Shown one piece after another: positions 53,250-62,752 of a stretch of DNA of 64,000 nucleotides. The stretch lies in assembly GCA_040880705.1 (NCBI GenBank), contig JBBDHU010000003.1, forward strand, positions 215,476 to 279,475, given 5' to 3'. Both the position numbers and the translations under genes were made by a program. Position 1 is the first letter of the stretch; the number at the start of each line of letters is the position of its first letter. Under the pieces are notes generated by a model. The model had not been told where the DNA came from. It was given only the letters and a program-made list of their open reading frames with translations, and did not search any database. Source of the DNA: Actinomycetota bacterium (lineage in GTDB: Bacteria > Actinomycetota > UBA4738 > JBBDHU01).

Positions 53250-54586
53250 GCCGGCACCCTTCCGCGCGGCAGCGCAACCCGGAACGAGGCACCACCACCG
53301 GTGCGCTCCTCGACCCAGGCGAGGCCGCCGTGAAGTTGGGCGAACCGGGCGACCAATGAGAGGCCGATGCCCGCGCCGGTCGGCAGCAGCGATCCCTCGT
53401 CGCCGCCCCGGCGAAACGGCTCAAAGATCGTCTCGCGAAGCGCCTGGGGGACGCCCTCGCCGGCATCCTCCACGGCGATCAGGGCCCGGTCCTCCTCCGC
53501 CCGCACCCGCACCCACACCGGCACGGCCTTGGCAGTGTGCTTCGTAGCGTTCAAGACCAGATTCTCGACTATGCGCTCCACGAGAACCGGATCGGCTCGA
53601 ATTACCAGCGCCTCCACCTCGACTTGGATGCTTCTGCCCGGGGGAAGATCCAATTCTCCGGAAACGCGTTCTACGAGTTCGCCTATATCGAAGGTTTCCC
53701 GCCTGGGCTCGAGGATTCCCTTATCCAGCCGGTCGAGGTCGAGCAGGTTCGTAACGAGCCGGTCCATCTTGCGCGTGCTGTTCTCGATGCCTTCGAGCAA
53801 GCGGTGTGCATCTTCCGGCGACACCTTCACCGCGTGGTTGTCGAGTAGAAGCGTCGTAGCTCCAAGGATCGCCGAGAGCGGGCCTTTCAAGTCGTGCGAG
53901 ACCGCATGAAGGAGCGTGCCCTTCAGGCTGTCCAGCGCTTTCAACTGCTCCTCGGCCTGCTTCTGCGCGGTGATGTCGAACATCACGCCCTGAACGGCGA
54001 CGGGTTCGCCATTCCAATCCCGCGCGATCACGTCGTCCTCTCGGATCCAAACGACCCTTCCCCCCCTTGCGATCATGCGGTACTCCATGGTCCACGGCTC
54101 GCCAGTCTCCCGTCTGCGCATGTATTCGTCGAAGACTTCGTCCCTATCGTCGGGGTGCAGAGCCTCGAACCAGAGACCAGGGTTCGCGTTCCATTCCTCC
54201 AGGGGATACTCAAGCAGGCTCTCGACCTGGGGACTGATGTAAACGGTCGTGCCCTTGTCATCGAGGGCGTCGGTGTACACGACCGCCGGGATCCGCTCAA
54301 CGAGCGCACGAAACCTCGCTTCCGCCCCGCTGAGGCCGAACTCGCCCGGCACCGGGGCCTGCCCGCTCCCGCCGAACCGTCCGGGCGCAGGCTCCTTCCG
54401 CGCTTTTTCCCAACGAGCGCGCGCCGCCCTGCTGGCGATTTCCGAGCGCTGTTTCTTGGATAGCTTCGCCGCCCGGGCAGGTCCCCCTTTCAGGCCTCCC
54501 CTCCTGCCGAGGGCCGACGCATCCGGGTGCTTGCTTGAGCGGTCAGGCACCTGTGAAGGATGCTCCCGCGAGTCCGCGCTCGTCAA
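53246..54586 (-). CDS. soluble PAS-HisKA histidine kinase with a basic N-terminal tail
   Basis: PAS/PAC (FRALVERIPAVVYTD...WIREDDVIARD...VQGVMFDITAQK), H-box LLHAVSHDLKGPLSA, N box LVLNATKH, G boxes DAGEGV and GAGIGLS. Confidence 0.9.
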   Translation of the reverse strand: MTSADSREHPSQVPDRSSKHPDASALGRRGGLKGGPARAAKLSKKQRSEIASRAARARWEKARKEPAPGRFGGSGQAPVPGEFGLSGAEARFRALVERIPAVVYTDALDDKGTTVYISPQVESLLEYPLEEWNANPGLWFEALHPDDRDEVFDEYMRRRETGEPWTMEYRMIARGGRVVWIREDDVIARDWNGEPVAVQGVMFDITAQKQAEEQLKALDSLKGTLLHAVSHDLKGPLSAILGATTLLLDNHAVKVSPEDAHRLLEGIENSTRKMDRLVTNLLDLDRLDKGILEPRRETFDIGELVERVSGELDLPPGRSIQVEVEALVIRADPVLVERIVENLVLNATKHTAKAVPVWVRVRAEEDRALIAVEDAGEGVPQALRETIFEPFRRGGDEGSLLPTGAGIGLSLVARFAQLHGGLAWVEERTGGGASFRVALPRGRVPA

Positions 54587-54720
54587 GAGCTACCCACCAG
54601 GATGTAATGGCGGCTATGTCAAAACACGTACTCGAAGTTGGGCCGTCCACTGAATTGACGGGTGGCTTGCTTGAGCTGATTCTGGCCCGGTGAACTACTA
54701 GCCGCTTGGAAGGGGAGAAG

Positions 54721-56067
54721 ATGCTCAAGCAACTTCGGACGATCGTGGCGGGGGCTCTCGTCGTAGGGCTCACGATGATGTTGATAGTGGCGTCGGGAAG
54801 TGCGGGAGGCGCGCCCAAAGCCAAGCCATCCCCTACGCCCACTCCGACTACGTCACCTCCGCCGACAGGCGGCTTCGACGCGGCGAAGGTGTGGAACACA
54901 ACCGGTGACGACTGGGAACCCGCGATCGCGGCCGACCCGAGGGCGGGCTCGAGCATCGTGTACCAGGCAACGACACGCTACGGAGGAGCCAAGGCTTGCT
55001 CGAGATGCCCCGACCCGGCGATCATCGTTCGCCGCTCCACCGACGCCGGGGCCACCTGGGGACCGGACAACTTCATCTGCGCTTGCCAGGGTAGAAAGGC
55101 GCAGAACGATCCCGAGATCGAGGTTGCGAACGACGGGACGATCTACGCCGCCTGGCTGAACGACTTCAATCCGGGCGTCGCCTTCGCGAAGTCATCGGAC
55201 GGAGGCACTACCTGGACGGCACCGATTCATGTCGACGGCAAGGGGTTGAATTGGTCCGACAAACCCATAATCGCGATCTCGCCCAGCGGCCAGGACGTCT
55301 ACATAGCGTTCAATCACAGCGACAGCTATATGGTTGCGTCCCACGACTTCGGTGCAAGCTTCTCCGCTCCGGTGCAGACCAACACGGATGACCTTTACTG
55401 GTTCGCAGAGGGAGGGGGCGTCGCGCCCAACGGGGACGCGTACTTCTCAGAGAGCGGCGAGGTAGCGTCGCACAGTGCGTCGGGAGACGTCCAACTCGCC
55501 GTCCTGCGATCGACGAACGGCGGCACTTCCTGGACGCACACCTACATCGACACGAGCAAGGAATTCCCGCCTGCGTGTTGCGGCTCATCCGTGGACTTCT
55601 TCGCCTCACAGGCCGCAATGGCGATCGATCCGGCAGGCAAGATAATGGTCGCGTACACGCTGAATACGACGGCCGGCGCACCCAAGGCCCTGTACATCAC
55701 GACCTCCACGGATGGAGTCACATGGGCTCCGCGCACTCTGGTCAATTCGCAAGGTGACAGCGGGTTCCCCGCCATCACCGCGGGCTCCGCCGCCGGCGAC
55801 TTCCGCCTTGCATGGCAGGACGACCGGGGAGGCGCATGGAATACCTACTACAGGCGAACGACCAACGGCGGCACCAGTTTCGCTACCGAGGTGAAGCTCT
55901 CGAACGTAACGACGGGGGCGCCGTACAAGTTGGCAGCGGGATACGCATTCCCATACGGGGACTATTTCGAGATCGACGCGAACTCGGCCGGAACGAACTT
56001 CGTGATCTGGGGCGAGGGCCCCGACTACATCGGCCCCGGCGGGAGCTGGTTCACCCGAGGGGTATAG
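54721..56067 (+). CDS. secreted BNR/Asp-box repeat (sialidase-fold beta-propeller) protein
   Basis: Signal MLKQLRTIVAGALVVGLTMMLIVASGSAGG and a Pro/Thr linker. Asp-boxes STDAGATWG, SSDGGTTWT, STNGGTSWT, STDGVTWA, TTNGGTSF. Confidence 0.8.
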   Translation: MLKQLRTIVAGALVVGLTMMLIVASGSAGGAPKAKPSPTPTPTTSPPPTGGFDAAKVWNTTGDDWEPAIAADPRAGSSIVYQATTRYGGAKACSRCPDPAIIVRRSTDAGATWGPDNFICACQGRKAQNDPEIEVANDGTIYAAWLNDFNPGVAFAKSSDGGTTWTAPIHVDGKGLNWSDKPIIAISPSGQDVYIAFNHSDSYMVASHDFGASFSAPVQTNTDDLYWFAEGGGVAPNGDAYFSESGEVASHSASGDVQLAVLRSTNGGTSWTHTYIDTSKEFPPACCGSSVDFFASQAAMAIDPAGKIMVAYTLNTTAGAPKALYITTSTDGVTWAPRTLVNSQGDSGFPAITAGSAAGDFRLAWQDDRGGAWNTYYRRTTNGGTSFATEVKLSNVTTGAPYKLAAGYAFPYGDYFEIDANSAGTNFVIWGEGPDYIGPGGSWFTRGV

Positions 56068-56074
56068 GAGGAAC

Positions 56075-57028
56075 TTAGGGGGCGCTGCCTGGCTCGAGGA
56101 GCGCTTGAGCCGGGCGCCTCGCCCCCAACTCTGAGATCACCATCGCGCCGACCATCAGCAACGCGCCTACAAGCTGGTGGGGCCGAAGCCGGTCGCCCAC
56201 CCAGATCGCCGACGACACGGCCGCAACGAGCGATTCTCCGGCCAGAACGATCGCGGCCCGCGAGGCGGTGATCTCCTTCTGGGCCAGGACTTGAAAGGTG
56301 TACCCAAGGCCCGTGCCGACGATCCCCGTGATCAAGAGCAGATGCCAGACGTGAAGCGAGCCTTGTGTGTCGAGCCCTTGGCCGGCCACCAGCGTGAAGA
56401 CGAGCTGAAACAACGCGGTCGCCCCCATCTGAACAACGGCGATCAGCGCGGGATCGAAGCGATCGGCCATCCGGCCGATCGAGATCACGTGGGCCGTCCA
56501 TCCCAGCGTGCCGACGAGAACGAGCAGGTCTCCGAGACCCGGCGCCGACAGCCGGCTGATCGAAGGCGCCGACAGTAGGAACAACCCCACGACCGCCAGG
56601 CCGACTCCGGCCCAAGCCCCCCGTCCCGGGGCTTGCCGGAAAACCGCGAACATGGCGAGCGGCGTGAGCACCACATACATGCCCGTGATCAAACCGGCGT
56701 TGGTGGCCGTGGTGAGCGACGTCCCCCACGTCTGGAACAGATAGCCGCCGAAGATCAACGCGCCGAGGAAAAAGCCCGGGCCCAGGAAGCCGCGAAGCGA
56801 AACGAGCGTGATCCTGCCGCGGGCGATGAACGGCACGGTTATGGCGATGGCCAGGAACCCAAGCAGCCGCGTCCAGAACATGAAGGGCCCGATCTCGAGT
56901 TCGCCGAGCGCGAGCTTGGCCGAAGGAAAGGTGATCCCCCACATCAGGGGGGTCAGGTAGAGAAAGATCCTTGCGTCGAGCCGAGTGCGGGAGGGCCTCA
57001 AGCCGCGATCGTTCGTTCTGCCGCCCAC
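56075..57028 (-). CDS. EamA/DMT-family transporter
   Basis: 317 aa, about 10 TM. The start overlaps the AAA+ gene 3' end by 31 nt. Confidence 0.85.
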   Translation of the reverse strand: MGGRTNDRGLRPSRTRLDARIFLYLTPLMWGITFPSAKLALGELEIGPFMFWTRLLGFLAIAITVPFIARGRITLVSLRGFLGPGFFLGALIFGGYLFQTWGTSLTTATNAGLITGMYVVLTPLAMFAVFRQAPGRGAWAGVGLAVVGLFLLSAPSISRLSAPGLGDLLVLVGTLGWTAHVISIGRMADRFDPALIAVVQMGATALFQLVFTLVAGQGLDTQGSLHVWHLLLITGIVGTGLGYTFQVLAQKEITASRAAIVLAGESLVAAVSSAIWVGDRLRPHQLVGALLMVGAMVISELGARRPAQALLEPGSAP

Positions 57029-58476
57029 TCTCGAAGGCGCGCGATGTCCTCCGCCTTGGATTTCGACAAAGGAACCGTCGCTGAGAGCTCACGGAGCAAA
57101 TCGTCGGTGGTCAACTCCCGCGAGTCGGCGAACGCACGGTAGAGCGCCCCCACCACGGCGGCTTCGATCTCGGCTCCGGAGAATGAGTTCGACGCCGCGG
57201 AAAGCGCCGCGATGTCGAACAGATTCGGGTCGCGTTTCCTTCGAACGAGATGCAGACGGAAGATTTCCCCGCGTTCCTTCTCGTCGGGAAGGTCAACGAA
57301 GAAGATCTCGTCGAAGCGGCCCTTCCTGAGAAATTCCGGCGGCAGGAGATCAACTTCGTTGCATGTGGCGATCAGGAAGACTCCGGGCGGCCGGTCCTGC
57401 ATCCACCGAAGGAACGTTCCCCGCAGCCGCTGGCTAACCCCGCTGTCGCCCATGGACTCGGCGGCGAGGCCTTTCTCTATCTCGTCGATCCAAAGGACGA
57501 CCGGCGCCATCGCCTCGACGGTCTTCAAGGAATCTCTGAGGCGCTGCTCCGATTGGCCGACGTAAGGGCCGTACAAGCGGGCAGGGTCGAGAAGGATCAG
57601 CGGAAGGTGCCAGGTGTGCGCCAGCGTTTTCGCGACGAGCGACTTTCCGCACCCGGGCACCCCGGTGAGCAATACGCCCCGAGGTGGGTCGAGTCCGAAC
57701 TCCTCCGCGCCTTCGCCGAACGCCCGGCCCCGAAGCCGCAGCCAGTCCTTCAAGTTCTCCAGCCCGCCGACGTTCTTGAGCGTCCCGGCCGTGGACTCGA
57801 CCAGCTCGAGGACCCCGTCGGACTCCAGCAATTCGGCCTTCGCCTTTCGGATGAACTCGACGTCGGCGTCGGTCACCGCCTGGTCCTCGAAGGCAGCTTC
57901 TTGAATCAGCTGAGCGGCCTCCTGGATCGTGAGGCCCCGTAGCGCCTCGACGAGTCCGGCGATCCCGGCGGCATCGAGCGACACGGGGATGCCGCGAACG
58001 GAGAGTTCGTCGAGCGTCCTGCGAACCATCTCCTCGATCTCTTCCTTGGTCGGAGCGCTGAGCGTCCACGGAAGCGCGAGGCCCTTCAATTCCTCGGGCA
58101 ACGTCTTCCCAGGGGAGGTCAGAACAATCGTCCTGCCGGGCTTTCCCTCTTGAGCAAGCTCTTTCATTCGCCGAACTACCACGGGGTCCTCGACGACGTG
58201 TTGTGCGTCGGCGAAAACGAACACGGCGGGCCCTGCGATCTCGGAGACGAAGTCGAGAGCCTTCTTGCAGTCGGCCGTCATGTACTGCTTGTTGTCGGTG
58301 CCGTCCCGAGTCAGGCCTTTCGTGACCGACCACGTCCAAACTGGAACGCCGACGGTTTCCGCTGCACGGCGAAGTATCGAGAGAAATCGCGTCTCGTCGG
58401 TCACCTCAGCGACAATCAGGGGATGACGCGAAGCGATCAGCACCCGGAGGTCCCGGCTGTTGTCCATCGCGGGCAA
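56998..58476 (-). CDS. AAA+ ATPase (single classical AAA module with ~230-aa N-terminal domain)
   Basis: Walker A GVLLTGVPGCGKS, Walker B VVLWIDEIEK, sensor/Arg-finger region ATCN...LRKGRFDEIFFVDLP. Confidence 0.85.
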   Translation of the reverse strand: MPAMDNSRDLRVLIASRHPLIVAEVTDETRFLSILRRAAETVGVPVWTWSVTKGLTRDGTDNKQYMTADCKKALDFVSEIAGPAVFVFADAQHVVEDPVVVRRMKELAQEGKPGRTIVLTSPGKTLPEELKGLALPWTLSAPTKEEIEEMVRRTLDELSVRGIPVSLDAAGIAGLVEALRGLTIQEAAQLIQEAAFEDQAVTDADVEFIRKAKAELLESDGVLELVESTAGTLKNVGGLENLKDWLRLRGRAFGEGAEEFGLDPPRGVLLTGVPGCGKSLVAKTLAHTWHLPLILLDPARLYGPYVGQSEQRLRDSLKTVEAMAPVVLWIDEIEKGLAAESMGDSGVSQRLRGTFLRWMQDRPPGVFLIATCNEVDLLPPEFLRKGRFDEIFFVDLPDEKERGEIFRLHLVRRKRDPNLFDIAALSAASNSFSGAEIEAAVVGALYRAFADSRELTTDDLLRELSATVPLSKSKAEDIARLREWAAERTIAA

Positions 58477-58507
58477 GGGTACCGTCCCGCGACGGTACGC
58501 TGAAGCA

Positions 58508-59428
58508 GTGAGTGAAGCCGGAATCGAGCGGACGGCCGACGCCGACGGTCCCGTCTACTTCCGCGAGTGGGACGGCCCGGAAGGCCTGACGTTTGTCTGC
58601 ATCCACGGGTTGGGGGGCTCACACGTGAATTGGCGGCGAGTGGCCCCGGGCCTGGCCGAGCGCGGAAGGGTGCTCACGGTCGACCTCGCGGGTTTCGGCC
58701 GTACGCCGCTAGGTGGTCGCGGTTCGGATCTCGCCTCGAACCGCCGGCTCATCTCCGCGTTCCTTCGAGAGGCGACCTCGGGGCCGGTGGTGCTCGTCGG
58801 CAACTCGATGGGTGGGTCGCTGTCGATCCTTCAGGCGGCGGTCGAGCCGTGGTCGGTCGCGGGACTGATCCTCTCGAGCCCGGCGGTGCCCTGGGCAAGA
58901 GGTGGGCGCCCGGCGGCGATCGTCGCGGGATCATTCGCGCTTTATCGAATCCCCGGGATCGGAGAGCGTTTCGGAAGATGGCGCATCCAGGCACTGACGC
59001 CCGAGCGAATCGTCGAGATGGGATTTCACCTGACGACGGCGGATCCCGCGTCGGTCGACGAGGGAACCTGGGCGGCACACGTCGAGATGGCACGCGAAAG
59101 GCAAGCCGACCCCGACGCCGTTCCGGCATTCCTCGAAGCTGCGCGCTCGCTTCTGTCGCTTGGGTCTCGCCGAAAGCTTGCGCGGGACCTGATGCGGCGG
59201 GTGTCGTGCCCCGTGCTGCACTTGCACGGAGGACGGGATCGTTTCGTTCCTCTGGCGTTCGCCAAGGCGGCGTCGCTACAACCCAACTGGGAGCTTCGCG
59301 TTTTCGACGACCTCGGTCACGCCTTGCAGATCGAAGCGCCGGATCTGTGGCTCGATGCAGTCGGCGAATGGCTGGATCGCGCTCCCCTCGCGGAACGGGC
59401 GGCGCGCACGGGGAACCCGGGCGCGTAG
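58508..59428 (+). CDS. alpha/beta-fold hydrolase
   Basis: HG box FVCIHGLGGS, nucleophile elbow GNSMGG, C-terminal His DDLGHALQIE. GTG at 58508. The ORF-track TTG at 58460 would overlap the divergent AAA+ start. Confidence 0.8.
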   Translation: MSEAGIERTADADGPVYFREWDGPEGLTFVCIHGLGGSHVNWRRVAPGLAERGRVLTVDLAGFGRTPLGGRGSDLASNRRLISAFLREATSGPVVLVGNSMGGSLSILQAAVEPWSVAGLILSSPAVPWARGGRPAAIVAGSFALYRIPGIGERFGRWRIQALTPERIVEMGFHLTTADPASVDEGTWAAHVEMARERQADPDAVPAFLEAARSLLSLGSRRKLARDLMRRVSCPVLHLHGGRDRFVPLAFAKAASLQPNWELRVFDDLGHALQIEAPDLWLDAVGEWLDRAPLAERAARTGNPGA

Positions 59429-59497
59429 CAGGCAGTCGATTTGGCGGTAGGCCGCGTCCTGTGTGAGGGTGGAACCCTGCAACCGAAAGGGGACGAG

Positions 59498-59770
59498 ATG
59501 TCGGTAATCGTGCAGTTCATAGTGAAGGTCCCGGACGCGGACAAATTCGTGGCCGTGTCCAAGAAATACGAGCCGATGATGGAAGCCGAGGGGGCGCGGA
59601 ACCAAAGTCTCCACGAGGACGAGAACGAACCCGGCCTGATGTCCTCGATGTCGGAGTGGGACAACCACGACCAGATGCACGGCGCGTCGGAGAAGTACGG
59701 AGGCCAGTTCAACGAGGAACTGGGCGCCGGCGAGCTCGACTGGGCAACCCACATCTGGCACAAGAAGTAA
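59498..59770 (+). CDS. small ABM/Dabb-like (ferredoxin-fold) protein, hypothetical
   Basis: 90 aa from the ATG at 59498: VIVQFIVKVPDADKFVAVSKKYEPMMEAEGA...MSEWDNHDQM. Fold call is tentative. Confidence 0.5.
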   Translation: MSVIVQFIVKVPDADKFVAVSKKYEPMMEAEGARNQSLHEDENEPGLMSSMSEWDNHDQMHGASEKYGGQFNEELGAGELDWATHIWHKK

Positions 59771-59774
59771 CGAC

Positions 59775-61049
59775 TCAGGTTTCGGGAAGCGGCGGGGCCC
59801 GGGTCAGGAACCGGCCGCCCAACTGTTCCAACTCGAGCGCGGTCCGAAGCAGGAGTTCGTCTTCTCCGGCGCGCGCGATCAGTTGCGCGCCCACGGGCAG
59901 GCCTTGGGCAGTTCTGCCTGCTGGGATCGAAATGGCCGGAACGCCGGCCATGCTGACCGGACGGGTAAAACGCGAGGTCCCTCCCAGGTGGACATCGACC
60001 GTTTTCCCGTTCCCTACGGCCACTTCTTCCTCGTTCGGGCGAGGCGCCGGGTAAGGAGCCGACGGCGCAAGGAGAACATCGACTCCGTCGAACCTGCGCG
60101 CGAACCACTCGCCGGCCCTGTCCGGACGCTTGCGAAGGGCCGCTTTCTCCTCGTCGGTCAGGCCGGTGCCGCGAGCGACGAACCCGGCGGTGGGCGGGAA
60201 AAGCCTGTCGCGCCGTTCGGGGAGTTCAGGATGCGACTCCACGAGTTCCATGCACACGAAGTCCGGCCACGATTCGAAGGCGAACTCGATCCCTTCGCCG
60301 TCGACATCGACGACCTCAATTCCCAGCGATTCGAGCCCTTTGCGCACGGCGCCGACGGCTGTTCGAATCTCCGGATGAACGTGAGACGCGAAGAACCCGC
60401 CGAGCAAGCCCGCACGGCGGGGAAGTCCGGGAGTCTTCGATGGGCCGGATAGCACGCGCCAGAGGCGGCCGAGTTCGGCTGCGGTCGCGGCCATCGGCCC
60501 CGGGCAGTCGAGCGAAGGCGCGAGCGGCATGACGCCGTCGAGCGACAGCCGTCCGTGAGTCGGCTTCAGGCCCCAGCATCCGCAAAGCACGCTTGGGTTG
60601 CGGATCGAGCCGCCGGTGTCGGTGCCGAGCGCCATGGAGGCGCACCGCGTTGCGACCGCCGCCGCCGATCCCCCGCTCGATCCGCCGGTGATCCGCGACG
60701 GGTCCCAAGGATTTGCGGTCGGGCCGCACGCCGAGACCTGATTCGTCCCCCCCATTGCCAGCTCGTGCATGTTGGTCTTGCCGACGAGAACGGCCCCGGC
60801 GACTCGAAGACGGCCGACGAGCTCCGCGTCGTCCTCAGCCACGTTGCCATCGTACGCACGGCTGCACCCGGTGGTCTCGCGCCCGGCCACGTCGAAGAGG
60901 TCCTTCACCACAACCGGAACGCCACGGAGAGGTCCCTCGGGCGCCCGTCCGGCCGCCTCGCGAGCGTCTTTAGGCCACACTTGGCTAAACGCGTTCGTAA
61001 CCGGCTGCCAGCGCTCGATCAGATCGAGCGACTCGTCGACCCGGGTCAA
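59775..61049 (-). CDS. amidase-signature family amidase (GatA-like)
   Basis: Signature GGSSGGSAAAVA...LGTDTGGSIRNPS with the Ser-cisSer-Lys context (VVVKDLFDV). Confidence 0.9.
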   Translation of the reverse strand: MTRVDESLDLIERWQPVTNAFSQVWPKDAREAAGRAPEGPLRGVPVVVKDLFDVAGRETTGCSRAYDGNVAEDDAELVGRLRVAGAVLVGKTNMHELAMGGTNQVSACGPTANPWDPSRITGGSSGGSAAAVATRCASMALGTDTGGSIRNPSVLCGCWGLKPTHGRLSLDGVMPLAPSLDCPGPMAATAAELGRLWRVLSGPSKTPGLPRRAGLLGGFFASHVHPEIRTAVGAVRKGLESLGIEVVDVDGEGIEFAFESWPDFVCMELVESHPELPERRDRLFPPTAGFVARGTGLTDEEKAALRKRPDRAGEWFARRFDGVDVLLAPSAPYPAPRPNEEEVAVGNGKTVDVHLGGTSRFTRPVSMAGVPAISIPAGRTAQGLPVGAQLIARAGEDELLLRTALELEQLGGRFLTRAPPLPET

Positions 61050-61822
61050 ACCAGAAACTCGTTCGCGCGCTGAATCAGTTCTGGAATTGCATCGACCAGC
61101 TCGTCTGTCCCGGGGAAGACGCGCAGCTCGGCGTTCGGCATCACATCGGCGAGGATCTCGCCGATGACGGCGGGGTGGATCGGGTCACCCTGCATGCAGA
61201 TGATGAAAACCGGCGCGTTCACCGCACGCAGCATCTCGCGGTCCGGAACCGGATATTCCTCTACGATCTCGCGAATCGCGCGTGCGACGCCGATCGGGTT
61301 CACGTCCTCCCACATCGCGCGCGATAGGTCGCGCAGCCACGGCGCTTGTGTATATTCCTCGATCCGGTCGGGGTTTGCCATGATGGCGTCGATCGCTTCC
61401 TCCTTCGGCTTCGTCTCGAGGATCTCGGCGGTCTCCAGAAAACGGTCCTTCAGTTCGAAGGGAAGATCCAAGCCCGCGGGAAGCAGGAAGACGAGCCGCT
61501 CGAAGCGATCCGGCTCCCGGGTCAGCAGATTGCAGATCGCGCCGGCCCCGAGGGAGGTACCTATCGCGCGGGTTGCGTCGTATTCACGCGCAACCGCGTC
61601 CAGGTCACCGGCGAAATCGGAGAATCTATAGCCGCTATCCGGCACGCTCGAATGACCGTGGCCTCGGAAACAGAAGCGAACCTTCTTCCCGGGGAGGAAG
61701 GGCGTGAGCTGCGCCAGCTCATGGCACGAATTCGTCAAACCGTGGGCCAGGACCGAAACGGGCTCACCGTCGCCGTCGATTTCGGCGTGAAGCGTTGCGT
61801 CTTGCGTAACGATCTCGGCCAT
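61046..61822 (-). CDS. alpha/beta-fold hydrolase
   Basis: VLAHGLTNS, nucleophile elbow GTSLGAG, C-terminal GDPIHP. 4-nt overlap with the amidase gene. Confidence 0.8.
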   Translation of the reverse strand: MAEIVTQDATLHAEIDGDGEPVSVLAHGLTNSCHELAQLTPFLPGKKVRFCFRGHGHSSVPDSGYRFSDFAGDLDAVAREYDATRAIGTSLGAGAICNLLTREPDRFERLVFLLPAGLDLPFELKDRFLETAEILETKPKEEAIDAIMANPDRIEEYTQAPWLRDLSRAMWEDVNPIGVARAIREIVEEYPVPDREMLRAVNAPVFIICMQGDPIHPAVIGEILADVMPNAELRVFPGTDELVDAIPELIQRANEFLV

Positions 61823-61858
61823 GCCGCTACCTTACCGGCGTGTATAGGCTGTGCGGAG

Positions 61859-62098
61859 ATGAGCGAAGAAGTACACCACTACGACGCCGAGGATCTCGGC
61901 TGTGCGGAAGGCTTGCCGGCGGAGTGGAAGAAGCAATTGGAAGGGATCCCGGTAGGCGACGTGCTCGAGACCGTGGCGCGCGACCCGTCGGCCCGCGACG
62001 ACCTCCCGGCGCTCGCGAGGATGCTCGGCCACGAGGTCCTTTCCAGCGAGTGGGGCGAGGACGCGTCGGTGATCGTCTCCGTCAAGAGAATGAAATGA
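61859..62098 (+). CDS. TusA/SirA-like sulfur-carrier protein (non-canonical Cys motif)
   Basis: 79 aa from the ATG at 61859. YDAEDLGCAEGLP replaces the usual CPxP. C-terminal two-layer fold pattern VLETVARDPSARDDLPALARMLGHEV. Confidence 0.65.
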   Translation: MSEEVHHYDAEDLGCAEGLPAEWKKQLEGIPVGDVLETVARDPSARDDLPALARMLGHEVLSSEWGEDASVIVSVKRMK

Positions 62099-62108
62099 GG
62101 GAGAGGCA

Positions 62109-62474
62109 ATGAGCGATCGAATGATATTCACCTGCACCTACGGGAAAGAGGAGCCCGAACGCGCAACCCTTCCCTTCGTTGCTGCGAACGTTGCGGCAAC
62201 CGCCGGGCTGCAGGCCACCGTCGTGTGCTCGATCGAGGCCGTTTGGACGGGAACCACCGGGGGCGCCGACGGGATCCAAGCGGTGGGCTTGCCGGCCCTG
62301 TCCGACCTATTTACCGAGTTCGTGGAGAAGGGCGGCGAGGTGTGGCTTTGCCAGTCGTGCGCAAAGCCTCGCGGGATCACAGATGACAAGCTGGCCAAGG
62401 GTGCGGCGATCGTGGGCGCAGCGAAGGTGATCGAGGAGCTTGCATCGGGTGCGAAGGCGGTGAACTTCGCTTGA
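62109..62474 (+). CDS. DsrE/DsrF-family protein
   Basis: 121 aa. MIFTCTYGKEEPERATLPF..., a second Cys pair LCQSC, typical DsrE-like length and pattern. Confidence 0.75.
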   Translation: MSDRMIFTCTYGKEEPERATLPFVAANVAATAGLQATVVCSIEAVWTGTTGGADGIQAVGLPALSDLFTEFVEKGGEVWLCQSCAKPRGITDDKLAKGAAIVGAAKVIEELASGAKAVNFA

Positions 62475-62752
62475 CGGAAGTCGGGGTCGAGCGCACCGAC
62501 GACACCGGGGGCGCCTTCACTTTCAACGTCCGGGTCGCCGATCGGGGTTCGGAAACGATACACGCGGTGACCCTGGGTTCGGACGACTTCGCCCGCCTAG
62601 CGCGGGAAGGCGAGCAGCCTGAAGCCTTCGTCCAGCGCTGCTTCGACTTCCTGCTGGAACGAGAATCGAAGGAATCGATCCTGCCGAACTTCGACGTCTT
62701 AGCGATCGGGCGTTACTTCCCCGAGTTCGAGGACACGATCACCGGAGCCTAG
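62471..62752 (+). CDS. hypothetical protein (93 aa), translationally coupled to the DsrE-like gene
   Basis: TTG overlaps the upstream TGA (TTGA). Acidic protein ending ILPNFDVLAIGRYFPEFEDTI. Confidence 0.5.
   Translation: MTEVGVERTDDTGGAFTFNVRVADRGSETIHAVTLGSDDFARLAREGEQPEAFVQRCFDFLLERESKESILPNFDVLAIGRYFPEFEDTITGA

Noticed and set aside
54529-54677. 12-nt direct repeat GCTTGCTTGAGC (54529..54540 and 54666..54677) near the kinase/BNR divergent region as a regulator binding site
   Set aside because: One copy lies inside the kinase coding region. A single 12-nt match within 150 nt is close to chance expectation for a 64-kb window.
27769-57028. Three EamA/DMT transporter genes (27769..28716, 32200..33069, 56075..57028) as evidence of a duplication or mobile unit
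   Set aside because: The sequences are only distantly related to each other, with different flanks and orientations. They are ordinary paralogs of a large family.
56998-59428. AAA+ ATPase with a divergent alpha/beta hydrolase as a candidate defence pair
   Set aside because: The ATPase is a classical single AAA module (Walker A/B, Arg finger) with no nuclease, TIR, SIR2 or transmembrane effector partner. It sits in an operon with an EamA exporter in a core-like GC context. Nothing suggests an immune system.
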